Source of the DNA: Catajapyx aquilonaris
Lineage: Eukaryota
Assembly (NCBI GenBank): GCA_000934665.2
Contig: KZ538690.1
Location: 1 to 53,514, forward strand
Direction of reading: 5' to 3'
Length of the DNA stretch: 53,514 bases
The first letter of the stretch is position 1; each line of letters starts with the position of its first letter. Below are positions 13,341 to 24,737 of the stretch, piece by piece. The position numbers and the translations under genes are program-made. The notes beneath the pieces are model-generated. The model was not told the DNA's origin, did no database searches, and was given only the letters and a program-made list of their open reading frames with translations.

Positions 13341-14096
13341 CAGTGGTTCCCAACCTTTTTCGGGTCATGACCCCCTTTTATGATAGTCAAGTAACCTACG
13401 ACCCCCCCCCCCCCTGGGGGGGGGGGGAGGGTATTAGTAGAAGATTAATTAGTGTAAATGTATTAAAACATGTAAGATTGTAAGTGTTTTTTTTTTTTTA
13501 ACCCGGTGAAAGGATGAGGTACAAAATATATGGGCGAGTGGCCTTCCATTCGATTTGCCTGAAAATTGGATATGTTGTGGCCCAGACCATCCTGATCAAT
13601 GTTGGCTAGGGACATTTCGAGGTAGGACCTACATGGAGCATGCTAATTGCTATTCATCGAAGAGGCTAGAAGACTGCTGTGAGAGAAACCTCGCTTCCTT
13701 ACATTGACCCAATGAATGTTGAAGTGCAGCTGGAGGAAACTCCAGATGACAACCTTCAAGGAGTAGAATTTGAACCAGATGAATAGGTAATAAAGATTAA
13801 TAGATAATTAATGCAATAACCATTGAGTTCCTGATACTTATTGGAGTCTACTACTCCCCCTATTACCTGCAGAGGTCATTAGCATGCTCCCTGTAGGTCC
13901 TACCTCGAAATGTCCCTATCTAACATTCATCAGGATGGTCTGGGCCACAACATATCCAATTTTCAGGCAAATCGAACGGAAGGCCACTCGCCCATATATT
14001 TTGTGCCTCATTCTTTCCTGTAAAATTTATTACAAGTAAAAATAAGCCCCCTCCCTCCCAGAAAAGGTTTTGCAACCCACAGATTGGGAACCACTG
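13341..14096. mobile_element. hAT (Charlie-like) MITE carrying an internal palindromic insertion
   Basis: TIR cagtggttcccaa / ttgggaaccactg; degenerate TSD ctataaat/ctctaaac (6/8); related copy lacking the insertion at ~27960-28189. Confidence 0.8.
13509..14016. mobile_element. MITE with ~135-bp TIRs nested in the hAT element
   Basis: atgaggtacaaaatatatgggcgagtggccttcc...ggagcatgctaat pairs with attagcatgctcc...ggaaggccactcgcccatatattttgtgcctcat. Confidence 0.85.
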
Positions 14097-15551
14097 CTCT
14101 AAACTGATGGGTGGATTAAGCAATCCGTAACTTATTCATTTGATTTCCTCTTGAGCCGGGAACTTGGGCAGTGTACCACCCTGTATATGTTTTGTTGCTG
14201 TTTACATTTGGATACAATCATTATGTTGTCAGAAAAATTCGGCAGTACTCCTATAATTTGAATGGATGTTGATCAGGTGGAAAATTTCACAGGTATGCCA
14301 TAATCTACATATACACCTAATGAGCAGTTCATATGTATAAGAAAATGTTGGTAGTAATATGGCTGTAGAAATTGAGGTTGTGCTCGAGTTTTTGAGAATT
14401 GTTACAGTGGCAGTGACACAAGCACAGGAATGAAACGGAACTGTACTAAGGGCTTGAGAAGACGCAATCACTTCTGGCAAGTGTCCTAGCTTGGTTGGCG
14501 CGAGTCAGTCACATAAAGGCAGAACCTAACCTTTGATTGTTTGCGTTGGCTAGCCAAGGATGTGGAAAAAACTATGGTGATAAAAGGTGAGTCTGGGGTG
14601 TATGAAGGGCCAAGGCCAGAGGTGCAATTGCGAACAATTGTTTGGTGGGTCAGTTGGCTAGAAATTTATTGCTTCACTAGGGAATATACTTCTGAGTTCC
14701 TTGACTAAGAAGAACTAGGGTGGAGGCAATGGCAGGCAGTCAGGCAGGCAAGAGTCCTTGGCCACCAAGGCAGTCATTGGCCCAGCCTCCATCTGGCATC
14801 TTCAGCGACCTCTTCTCCTCTTCCACCCACAATTTTAGACCCTCCCATAGACTATTTTGGATCCCCCCCAAGGCTTTTGGAATTGGGCAACTCTGCTGAT
14901 GATGGGGCACTTGTCACTCACATGCTGATGCTTTTGGACAACTATGAGGTGTTTTCTTCTAAGCTGCAGAACATGTGAAGATGGAATGTAAAATAGGATT
15001 TTGGGGCAAGGCACTTTTGCAGTTCTAAAATGGGAGAGTCCATGCAGGTGCAACCCTTAAAATAGTGCCCAATAATGTGAGGATTTGGTGGAGACTCCCT
15101 TTATTTTTGCTGCTGCAATAATGAGCTTCACACTGGTTAGAAGTCTTGGCTGTGGTAATAATAGCTTGGATTGCTCTATTAGTATAATTGATTGCTTGTA
15201 CTACAACTGATTTGAAATACCGGGTGTTCCAAGTTCGTGAGACCCTTTAGTTATAGGAAAGGACTGGGGCAAATCTTATGGGAAAAGTTGTGCCGTTGGA
15301 TTTGGCTGAAATTTGGTCAGTTGATAGACCTTGACCTAAGGGTCTATTGTTCTGAAGCCCGAAGAAAATCTACCATGCGGTTTGGCAGCTAGAGGTGCTC
15401 AAAGTCGGACTTTTAGGTGGCTCCTATTAGGCTCGTTTTCACGTATGTTGTAGAGTTTCATGAGCTGGGTTGATTGAGCCATGTGGCGATATTCTGTGAC
15501 AGACCATTTGGCCGCTAGACACAATTGAGTTCAGCATGGGACCTTGTAGTG

Positions 15552-17365
15552 CAATAGCAAGGGGTTATTCACTTAGATTTTTCGCGAACATGGACTACCC
15601 GGACTATCACCGGACTACCCCAGACTACTCTGAAAGGGTGAAATGTCAATATTTTTGCGATATTTTGCACCGTTGACGAGATATTGACCAAAACCCCAGG
15701 TTCAAAAATTACATGGTTCTGCAAAAAAAACACTCTTTCGCTCTTTTGAAAACCTTTGTGCTTTTTATGGATTTTGTGGTGCTGAATCCGAATCCAGTAA
15801 CAGATTTGCTCTATCACGTACGGTTTTAGAGATATATCGTTTTAAAACTTTGGACGGTCTTTCCGAATCAAGTGGGCCTAATGTTGCTAGACCGCCTCGG
15901 ATCTTGGTCAAAATAATCCCAGATGTACTCATCTATTCCTTAATGCTGCCTATAAAAATGCAACCATATTGCTCAATACTATGATGAGGGGTAAAATCGC
16001 AAACATCTGGAAATGGCTGAGAATGAGGCCTTTTTTGGAGATTTTTTTTTTTTTCGGTTAGTGCAAGTGGTCAAATTCCAATGAACATATATATCAAAAG
16101 AAAGGGAAACACCAGGACAATGCGCCTATGGAATTAGTTTTCCTCTAAAATGTAAAAATAAATTTTTATAGCATTGCATTGGTCACTTGCTCAGTCACAT
16201 GCCCAAGAATATATTGTGACCTCAACAATTATAATCGACTGCCCTTGGCCGTCTCCCTCTCGTACCTTTTACACTTATACAAAAACGTATATCACTGGTT
16301 CGGGCTGTCCTGCGGAGAATACCCTTACGCAGTCCTGGAAATACACTGCGACAACTGTGAAATACAACGATTCTTGATTTAAGTGTCGTATCTCCCAAAA
16401 TTTGAGTTTTCTCAAATGCTGTACCTGATAGAGCCATTCTGACTTCAGATCTGGATTCAGCACACCTTAATCTATATAGTCCATCTGCTTTTATCCAAAA
16501 GAGGATTTTTATGCAGAACATGTTGAGGTCACAATATATTCTTGGGCATGTGACTGAGCAAGTGACCAATGAAATGCTAGAAAAATTTATTTTCACATTT
16601 TAGGGGAAAACTAATTCCATAGGCGCATTGTCCTGGTGTTTCCCTTTCTTTTGATATATATGTTCATTGGGGTTTGACCACTTACACTAACCGAAAAAAA
16701 AAAAAATCTCCAAAAAAGGCCTAATTCTCAGCCATTTCCAGATGTTTGCGATTTTCCCCCTCATCATAGTATTGAGCAATATGGCTTAATCTTTATAGGC
16801 AGCATTAAGGAATAGATGAGTACATCTGGGATTATTTTGACCAAGATCCGAGGCGGTCTAGCAACATTAGGCCCACTTGATTCGGAAAGACCCCTAGTAA
16901 ACCGTCCAAACGATATATCTCTAAAACCGTACGTGATGGAGCAAATCTGTTGCCGGATTCGGATTCAGCACCCCAAAATCCATAAAAAGCACATAAAAGT
17001 TTTCAAAAGAGCGAAAGAGTGTTTTTTTGCAGAACCGTGTAATTTTTGAACCTGGGGTTTTGGTAAATATCTCGTCAACGGTGCAAGATATCGCAAAAAT
17101 AACAACATTTCACCCCCAAAGGACCACAACTTTTCATGTTTAGGCCGGGTAAGTGTACCCGCAGACAAAAAAAAGAAGCCCGGAAGTTGCGTCACTTACG
17201 CCCCTGGCGGAGCCGTAGGATATTAACCCACATGACTCAGATTTTTTACCTGTCAAAAGGATCGCCCAACACAACTTTTTTTCACTAGCGTACTACAACT
17301 TTCGAAAAAAGGGTTTTTCGAGCCGTCCTAGTGTACACGGACTACCCTTAGTGAATAACCCCTTG
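15552..17365. mobile_element. Short-TIR element with 8-bp TSD, P- or hAT-like (layer 3 of nest)
   Basis: TIR caaggggttattcact / agtgaataaccccttg; TSD ttgtagtg at 15544-15551 and 17366-17373 (6 extra nt, caatag, precede the left TIR); the site is single-copy in the host-family copy near 36097-36104. Confidence 0.72.
15636..17115. mobile_element. Fold-back element with ~590-bp inverted arms (layer 4 of nest)
   Basis: Arms 15636-16227 and 16521-17115 are highly similar reverse complements; ~293-bp non-coding loop. Confidence 0.92.
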
Positions 17366-17962
17366 TTGTAGTGGGATTATAAGTGTGACATAACAATAAC
17401 TGCCAAATGGTTTCTCACAGAAAATCACCAATGTCTCATTCGACTCAGCTCAAAGGAACATATGAAAATGATCTCGATAGGAGCCACCTGAAAGTCTGAC
17501 TTGAGCGCCTCTAGCGGCCAAAAGGCACCGTAGATTTTCTTCAGCCTTCAGATCAATTAACCCTTAGGTCAAGGTCTATCAACTGACCCAAGTTTCAGCC
17601 AAATCCAACAGTGGAACTTTTCCCATAAGATTTTCCCCATGTCCTGTCACTCGAAGCTGTTATTTTTGTGTAGCTTGTTGTGCCCCTATCCAGGTGCCCT
17701 ATTCTATTGAAACTGCTACATTCGACCACCTGGGAGTAATGGGGCACCTGGATCCACAACAAGCTTCACAAAAATAACTACTAACGGAGATATCAGTGAT
17801 TCTACTAACAACTACCTGTGATGTTGGAACAACCTCTATATTTTGTGTGTGTATGGGGGGTATAGTATATTGGGCTCATAGTAGGGATCTGCTCCTGTAT
17901 ATTTAGCAAGACCTTATGCCACATACTTAGAGATAGTAATATGATGTTATTGTTTTTTTAAG

Positions 17963-18093
17963 GCTTGTATAGATGACAACTTAGACATGGTTGAGTTCCT
18001 CGTGGAGCATGGGGCAGACGTGAACCGTGGTGACAACGAAGGCTGGACACCTCTCCATGCCACAGCATCTTGTGGTTTCCTCTCTATAGCTAA
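17963..18093 (+). CDS. PPP1R12A: MYPT1/Mbs coding exon (ankyrin repeats), first exon found in window
   Basis: ttttttaag| acceptor, |gtaagt donor; 131 nt, phase 0-2; translates ACIDDNLDMVEFLVEHGADVNRGDNEGWTPLHATASCGFLSIAK, matching the MYPT1 ankyrin region. Absent from the ORF track. Confidence 0.96.
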
Positions 18094-18587
18094 GTAAGTT
18101 TTTGCAGGCAGTATAGCCAACTTAACCCTTTGTGCTATGTGTGGCTGTTGTTATCTTGGAAAATTATGTCACATGGAGGACAAAGGGCTTCATGTAATAT
18201 GGTATGACATGCTGGCTTCTCTTTCACATAGAAAGGGACCAAACGTTTAACTGTTTCTAGCAATATGGCTCTATTATTTGCTTCTTGGTAAATATATGTA
18301 TTTACTATTTCATAGCTTGGAGAAAAAGGAGTCATTGGCTTGAATGTTATCATGTACTATTTGTAGCCAATAAAAGTTTGATAAAATCAGGAAATATTCA
18401 CCTTGTTAATGTGCATTGTTGTTGGTCGCTCTTTCCTGCAGCCCAGACAAGTCTTAAGAGCAGCCATTCCCCTGCCTAAAATTGTACAAATTATTGGCAT
18501 TTAAAAAATAGTACGATAGAATAAGGGTCTAAAGGGAATTTCTCTGAGTTTATGTAACAGTGCAAAAATATTTATATTTATGCTAGC

Positions 18588-18589
<2 letters not shown>

Positions 18590-18646
<57 letters not shown>
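18590..18646. repeat. (GA)n microsatellite
   Basis: Perfect gagaga run. Confidence 0.95.
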
Positions 18647-18650
<4 letters not shown>

Positions 18651-18854
18651 ATCAGAGTTGTTATTGGCGTCATTTTAAAATAATCTCAAATTGTTTGTTG
18701 ATCAATCAGGTGGTTATGCTGATCACTTTTATGAATAGACTAACCAATTCAGTTGTGTTTGCTGAGTAATTTGACATCTCTACTCTTAAAATTGTGGAAC
18801 TTGGAAGATTTATATGAAGTGTCTTGTGAAAACAGGTGTTTTTTGTGCCTGCAG

Positions 18855-20209
18855 TGGGGTGAATAGGGACACTGTTAAAAATCAAGTTTTTCAGCTTTTT
18901 AATGCAGCAGTTTTTTTTTTCTTGATGTATAACTTTTCATGTTATAATAATTTTTAAGTACCACCAATACCTACAATTCCAAAGTCTTCCAGTGAAAATA
19001 ATTATTTAAATACAGAATTGTATTGTGGAAAACACTATATACATTGTACTCTCGATTATCCGTGCTAATTAATGCACGAGTATGTCTGGATAATCGGAAA
19101 CACGAATAATCTGAAAATGGCCCCTAGATACCATAAAAATGAGCTATGCAGTCGTTTTAAGTGAACTACTGTACATACTGTATGCTGCTAAGGTTTAATC
19201 AAAATAATAAAACTTAACATACATTTTTAGTAGTCTCCAGGAAAACCTCTGTTATACAGGGTGAAGGGATTTTTGCAGGTAATTTCTAGGCAGCTTGATA
19301 GTACTCGCAAAAGTAATATAAGGATGTGCAAATAGTTTTTGGTGCTGGTGGGTAGTTAATGCGTACGGCACCTTTAAAGTTTCATTACGTCACATCCATC
19401 CCGCCAGCTTCAAAGCAGTAAAAGCCAGCTGGAGGGCCTCTGAATAATCTGGCCTTGGGTCCGCAACTCATCGTCCATGTACAGTAGGTGATCAAATTCA
19501 GTTGGAGTAAGAATCCGGGGGAGACGCTGGTCCTCTGTTGTCTTAGTTTACCCCATGCGCCAACATGTGACACAATTCAGTACTGTATTGCACTAATGCA
19601 TTGTCTGAGAGAGTAATGTAATGTAATGTCCAAGGGATTATTCGTGGGCCCTCCAGCTGACTTTTACTGCTGTAAAGCTGATGGGGCAGATGTGACATCG
19701 CGAAACTTTGAAGATGCCATACGCATTAACTATGCAACAGTGCCTAAAACCACTTGCACATCCTTATATAGAGCACCCATGACTACTGCCAGCTCTTTAG
19801 GAGCAGACGAATCTGCGCAAAAAATTAAAACGTAACAACTGTGCAGGTGTCCCCTATAGGGGATGCTCTGCATATCTATGTTAAATTGTAATTTTAAATA
19901 AAATTACCAAAGCTGAAAGGTAATGTCAGATATTTTTTGGCCATCAAACATTTCTGAAAAACTAAAATTATGTCCCAATTAACTCTAGTTGCATAACAGC
20001 CGTCTGGATTTACACCACCTTTGGGGTGAATAGGGACAGGCATTTAAAAATGTGTATGTAACAGGTTTACAGGGGGAGAAAATTGTGTGCCCTGTGTAGC
20101 AGGGTTAGGCCTCAACTTCTGAGATTTAAAAAGCTAATAATTTAACAAATTTCATTCATACAGCACACAAAAACCAAGAAAGTGTCCCTATTCACTTTGT
20201 TTTACAGTA
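18855..20209. mobile_element. Degenerate pogo/Fot1-like element hosting later insertions
   Basis: Repeated ggggtgaatagggaca (~18856, ~20023) and inverted end tgtccctattcac...ttttacagta (20183-20209); left boundary uncertain. A Tigger-like end (ta+cattgtactctcgattatccg) lies inside at ~19040. Confidence 0.4.
19257..19825. mobile_element. Palindromic Tc1/mariner-type MITE
   Basis: TA+cagggtg left end; arms ~19316-19460 / ~19630-19770 (tataaggatgtgcaa / ttgcacatccttata; gcagtaaaagccagctggagggcc / ggccctccagctgacttttactgc); right terminus decayed. Confidence 0.7.
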
Positions 20210-20210
20210 C

Positions 20211-20441
20211 CAGGGGTTGAATATTAAAATTTTTGTCCAGATGCAATGTTGGCACTCCAGACTTTAATCTGGAGTGCAAATTGCTTACTTGGAGTGCTTA
20301 ATTTTTAATTACTGGGTATAGCCATGTTTAAAAGCAGAGCCAATTGGAGTGCAAGCTTTGCACTCCGAGGCTCAGTTTGGAGTGCAGATGACAATTTTGG
20401 AGTGCAAATTGCACCTTTGCATCTTAATATTTCAACCCCAG
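20211..20441. mobile_element. hAT-like MITE with repeated TGGAGTGCA subterminal motifs
   Basis: TIR caggggttgaaatattaa / ttaatatttcaaccccag; at least 7 copies of (t)ggagtgc in both orientations; flanks cagtac/cattac. Confidence 0.8.
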
Positions 20442-21480
20442 CATTACTCAATTTTGGTCGAGTTTTAGAAGAAACATGCACCTGTTACATGCAGATTGGG
20501 GCCTTTGGTAGTATGTGGTTAAGTACGTTAAATTGCAAGGGGCATATGCTTTCTTATTTTGAGTGTTGATTTAAGCCAGTTTATTCTTATTGACTGTGTT
20601 GATGACTGTCATATAGGAATATCTCGATTACCTGCCATTTAAAATAGACTACACAATTTGATGAATTGGTATAGCATGACTAATGAGCTGTTTTTAGTAG
20701 GCCTACCTTGTAAATTTGTAGTATTCTTGTTGTCATTTACAGGCAAGTACTTGTTAGTACAGCTAAATACTAGGGAAGTCGGAAAATAAGTTTTGCACAT
20801 TTGCGTTTTCAAATACTCTATGGAAAATGAGAGCATGATCTGACGTCATCAAGATTTCCATAGAAATACCCTCACAGATCAATATGAGTAAACAGTGTCA
20901 GCAAAAAGCAACAATGTAAGAAATGTCAGATCGTTCTTATATTTTCCGTACATAAGGCATCCTTCAGTTACTAAATGTAATGGTTGTCCCTGATCATGCA
21001 TTATGTGTGCATGCACAGCAGTAGTCCAAATCGAGCAGGTGCTGGCTAGATCAGGCCCATCCTTATTACTTTGGAAGACATCACGGCTAATAGACGTGTT
21101 GCAAACGTGCACGGAAATTCATATCCTACGACTTCCCACATTTCATAAATTGTACACAATGTGCAATGGCTTAAAGTGACTCCAACAATGCTACCTATTT
21201 GGAAAAGTTTGACAGACATTTTGGTGCTTTTTTGTCTCCTACAATGGTTTATTTGTCGCATGAGAATCACTGTTTCCAACCTCCTCTTTTCTTTCCCCTG
21301 TGAGTCAAGTGGTGTTCCATGACCCTCTCCTTGCTAGTCTCCCCTGACCTTTCATTTCCCCCACACATGGCAAGCTGGGAAGGTTTGTGAGAGTGCTTTT
21401 AAAAATCAAATGTATGATAACAGTTTGTATCTGCAATTTGGAGACAGTTGTTGATTGAATTTGATTCTATACTGTCCTAG

Positions 21481-21904
21481 GTTCCTAATAGAACATGGTT
21501 GCAATGTAGCCGCCGTGAACAATGATGGGGAGCTGGCCATTGACATCTCTGAATCCGATGAGATGGAGGACCTTCTCCAGAAGGAGATTGATGCCCGAGG
21601 AATTGACTGTGATCAAGCACGCAATGAGGAAGAAAGGCTCATGCTGGAAGATGCTAAGCAGTGGGTCAACAGGGGATATGTAGACGAGACACCTCATCCA
21701 AAGACAGGGGCAACTGCCCTGCATGTGTCTGCAGCCAAGGGATACATAAAGGTCATGACTTTGCTAATTCAGGCTGGAGCCGATATTAATTGTCAAGACT
21801 TTGACGGGTGGACACCCCTGCATGCCTCTTCCCACTGGGGTCAGAAGGAGGCATGTGAACTACTCGTTGAAAACATGTGTGATATGGAAGTCAAGAATTA
21901 TGTG
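21481..21904 (+). CDS. PPP1R12A: MYPT1/Mbs coding exon (ankyrin repeats)
   Basis: gtcctag| ... |gtgagt; 424 nt, phase 2-0; FLIEHGCNVAAVNNDGELAIDI...ARNEEERLMLEDAKQW...GATALHVSAAKGY...DGWTPLHASSHWGQKEACELLVENMCDMEVKNYV. Confidence 0.97.
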
Positions 21905-22119
21905 GTGAGTACTGTGGTTTTCTCTCGCTAAATCCCACCATACACTGTCATTTGATATGCCACATATTTAGGTTTTAAATGGTGCCTTTGGTAAGCAATG
22001 AGTTGTCCCATCAGGATGTGCAGTAAGGACTGAGAAATGTATAATTGGTCCAGTTTTACACATGATTATGGATCATTATGACCTATTTGTATGAATAATT
22101 CAGATCACAATGCTCAGTG

Positions 22120-22266
22120 GTACTATCAGTCCACCAAGAATTGTCGCAGCGGCAGCGCACGAACTACAGTCCATGAGCACTTCTCCATTGACTTCTCCCC
22201 GCGGAAGTGCTCGTAACTGTAGTTTGTGCGCTGCTGCTGCGACAATTCTTGGTGGACTGATAGTAC
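22120..22266. mobile_element. Short palindromic MITE with GTAC termini and 4-bp TSD
   Basis: gtactatcagtccaccaagaattgtcgcagc / gctgcgacaattcttggtggactgatagtac; direct repeat agtg at 22116-22119 and 22267-22270. Confidence 0.85.
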
Positions 22267-22518
22267 AGTGCTTTTTACAATAGGTTTCTCTCATGGATGC
22301 TATAATATATTCCTTTTAATGTGCTGCCATCTCTGGCAGAGGTGGGGATTTTACTTGCTCTCCCGGTGCAGGATGTCATTGATCTCGAACAGAGGGGGAC
22401 ATTATCTCTCTGCACTGTCTGAGATTGTCGCAACTGTTGCCATTGTTATGAGCAAGGAACATGGACTATGTGATGAGTATCACTGCCCAAGGTGTGTCTC
22501 AATATGAGTGATGCATTA

Positions 22519-22817
22519 ATTAATTAATTAATATCATACCCCATTGAAGCCGTTCTGGCTTTTTAGGGGGGAGATTTGTTTTTTTTTTTGGCTGGAACTC
22601 TTGTAAACTTTATTTCGCTTTTTGGGACGGGATAGGGATGGAAGGAAGCGGCTGTGGCCTATTAACTAGGAAACAACTCCGGTATTCACCTGGAGGAACC
22701 GTGGGAAACCACAGAAAACCACGGTCAGAGTTGCCGGCACCGGGATTCGAACCTCGAACCCAGGACCTCCCGATTAGCAGGCGGACTCCATATCCACTAC
22801 ACCAACCTGCTTCGGTT
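22519..22817 (-). mobile_element. tRNA-derived SINE, family B
   Basis: On the - strand: A-box tggtgtagtgg, B-box ggttcgaatccc, (TTAA)n tail; 11-bp TSD gtgatgcatta (22508-22518, 22818-22828). Confidence 0.88.
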
Positions 22818-23230
22818 GTGATGCATTACCTCGTGGTTAGGGGAGTTTTTTAAGGGTGCTTTATTTGATCCATCATTTATATCATCCATTTGCTAATTTT
22901 GGTCAGAGAGGTGTTAGGTTGTATGAATGCGTGGCAGTAATATGGGGGAAGTAGTGGAAAGGGGTAAGGCAATATTTCTGTGTGTAGCCAACATATTTGC
23001 ATTCACACCTTCGTTAGCAATGGATCACATGCAATATGGATTGTAAAATTTAATTTTTGACATACCTGACTCCTTCCCCACCATTCTGCCCTCAATTAAA
23101 ACATGTGGCATGGTGAATATATTGCTATTAAGAAACTCTCATAACTACCTTCATCAAGAGGTAATGCATCACTCATAACGGGAGTCAGATCCTGGGCAGT
23201 GAGACCTGTCACGTGTTCCATGTCACTTGC

Positions 23231-23787
23231 TCATGACTAAGAACGGATTTTTAGGTTCTAAAACCCCCCAAAAAAGGTAGGCATTTAGGTCCTGAAAACA
23301 GTCAAAATAGGCTCTTAAATAGGCAGTAAAAATCAAGCAGGTCCTCATTTATTTTCATTCGTGTACAATATTACAGCCTCCTCTTGCCATGGAATTTTGT
23401 TGCACATTAACAAACTACATGTTGTTCCATTTTTTCACGTATTTCGTTGGTTAGTAGGCGATGCCTGTCCGACAATGCATCTTTATACTCTGAAAATGAC
23501 ATTTTTACGTCACACAAAGTAACTGGATCATTGTTGAAAAATGAAATGTCTTCTAGTGCCAGTTCATGCGCCATGCCCACAGCTTCTTGGCCATTTGCAG
23601 GTTGAAGCAGGAGAGATACCCTGAACGGAACACCCCCCCCCCCCACACACACAAAACAACTTGCAAATCATACAGGAGGGCGTCAAAAAGGTGGAAATAG
23701 GCGCTAAAAGGCCATTTAGGTCCCAACGCCCAAAATAGGCAATTTTAGGTTCTACAAAACTACGATTTTTGAGGACCTTTGTTATGA
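23231..23787 (-). mobile_element. hAT-superfamily deletion derivative retaining the transposase C-terminus
   Basis: Minus-strand peptide PVTLCDVKMSFSEYKDALSDRHRLL (~23410-23530) matches the hAT C-terminal S/C-x-x-ERSFS motif; subterminal tttaggt/aaataggc repeats; weak TIRs tcatgactaag / ctttgttatga. Confidence 0.7.
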
Positions 23788-23802
23788 AATTGATAGATAT
23801 TN

Positions 23803-23840
<38 letters not shown>
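23803..23840. repeat. (AG)n microsatellite
   Basis: agagag run following an N. Confidence 0.9.
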
Positions 23841-23842
<2 letters not shown>

Positions 23843-24508
23843 GGTTCAAAAGCAGGCTGACAGTATGACTAGCAGCCTTCAGTCTGGGAGTAGGGCTGAT
23901 GGCACAAGTTAAAACCCAGTATCTTCAAAAATCACGTAATTGGAGATAAATGCACTACTGCATTCCTCTTTGCAACCAACACCTTTTGGTACAAAGCTCG
24001 TAACTGTAGGAGCAACCCTTGCAAAATTATGGCCTGCACACTTCCATGTACCATAATGGAAACAAAAAACTTCAAACGCGAATATCTCAAAATGACAAAA
24101 AGCTGAGATAGAGGGTTTTCACTTGGGCTGTCAGAGGGGAGCATTGAGCAATTAACAACAAGCGATGAATGATGAGACATTTTCTTCCATACACTTGGGA
24201 AATATGAGGGCCAAGGTGGATGGTGTAAGGAGGTGGGCCTTGCCACAAAGAGTTGCACATGTGAACATTGCAGAGATGCCTTATGTGAACTATGACCCTG
24301 GTTAGTCACTATTGTTTTGAGTTCTTCAAGGGATATCGGGTCTATGTGGTACATCGGCAGGTTAGATTAGGTCATGTCAGCTTTTAACTGTGGTATTTCC
24401 CTGAGTAAAGGATGAATTACATCACATTTCCCACATAATTATAATATTCCCATTTATAATGCTACTTTGTGTTGGTCCCTGGAAAAGTGTTATTTCGAGG
24501 ATTTACTG

Positions 24509-24526
24509 TATTATTATTATTATTAC

Positions 24527-24581
<55 letters not shown>
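24509..24581. repeat. (TTA)n microsatellite abutting a splice acceptor
   Basis: About 24 tta units ending ~13 nt before exon 24595. Confidence 0.95.
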
Positions 24582-24594
24582 GTTATTGTTTCAG

Positions 24595-24737
24595 GGCCAA
24601 ACAGCATTTGATGTGGCAGACAGTGATGTTGTGAAGGTTTTGGAGGAGCTGAAGAAAAAGCAGGCCACCCTTTCGAAGGACAAGGGTGATATCCACTCTC
24701 ACCTGCATAAGAAGCCTAACATGGCCATGAAGCGCAG
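24595..24737 (+). CDS. PPP1R12A: MYPT1/Mbs coding exon (end of ankyrin domain)
   Basis: tgtttcag| ... |gtcagt; 143 nt, phase 0-2; GQTAFDVADSDVVKVLEELKKKQ...MAMKRR continues the ankyrin domain as in MYPT1. Confidence 0.93.

Larger units (their letters stand above)
15260..17645. mobile_element. Long-TIR MITE (layer 2 of nest)
   Basis: aggactggggcaaatcttatgggaaaagtt... / ...aacttttcccataagattttccccatgtcct; arms ~250 bp; second family copy at 35559-36399. Confidence 0.88.
15220..17836. mobile_element. Tc1/mariner-type MITE (outermost layer of four-layer nest)
   Basis: TA+ccgggtgttccaag ... gttggaacaacctc+TA; pieces 15220-15259 and 17646-17836 join to match the reverse complement of the uninterrupted copy at 45451-45698. 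Confidence 0.78.

Noticed and set aside
13650..13790. Coding-like core of the nested MITE (KRLEDCCERN)
   Set aside because: Too short and interrupted by stops to assign to a transposase family.
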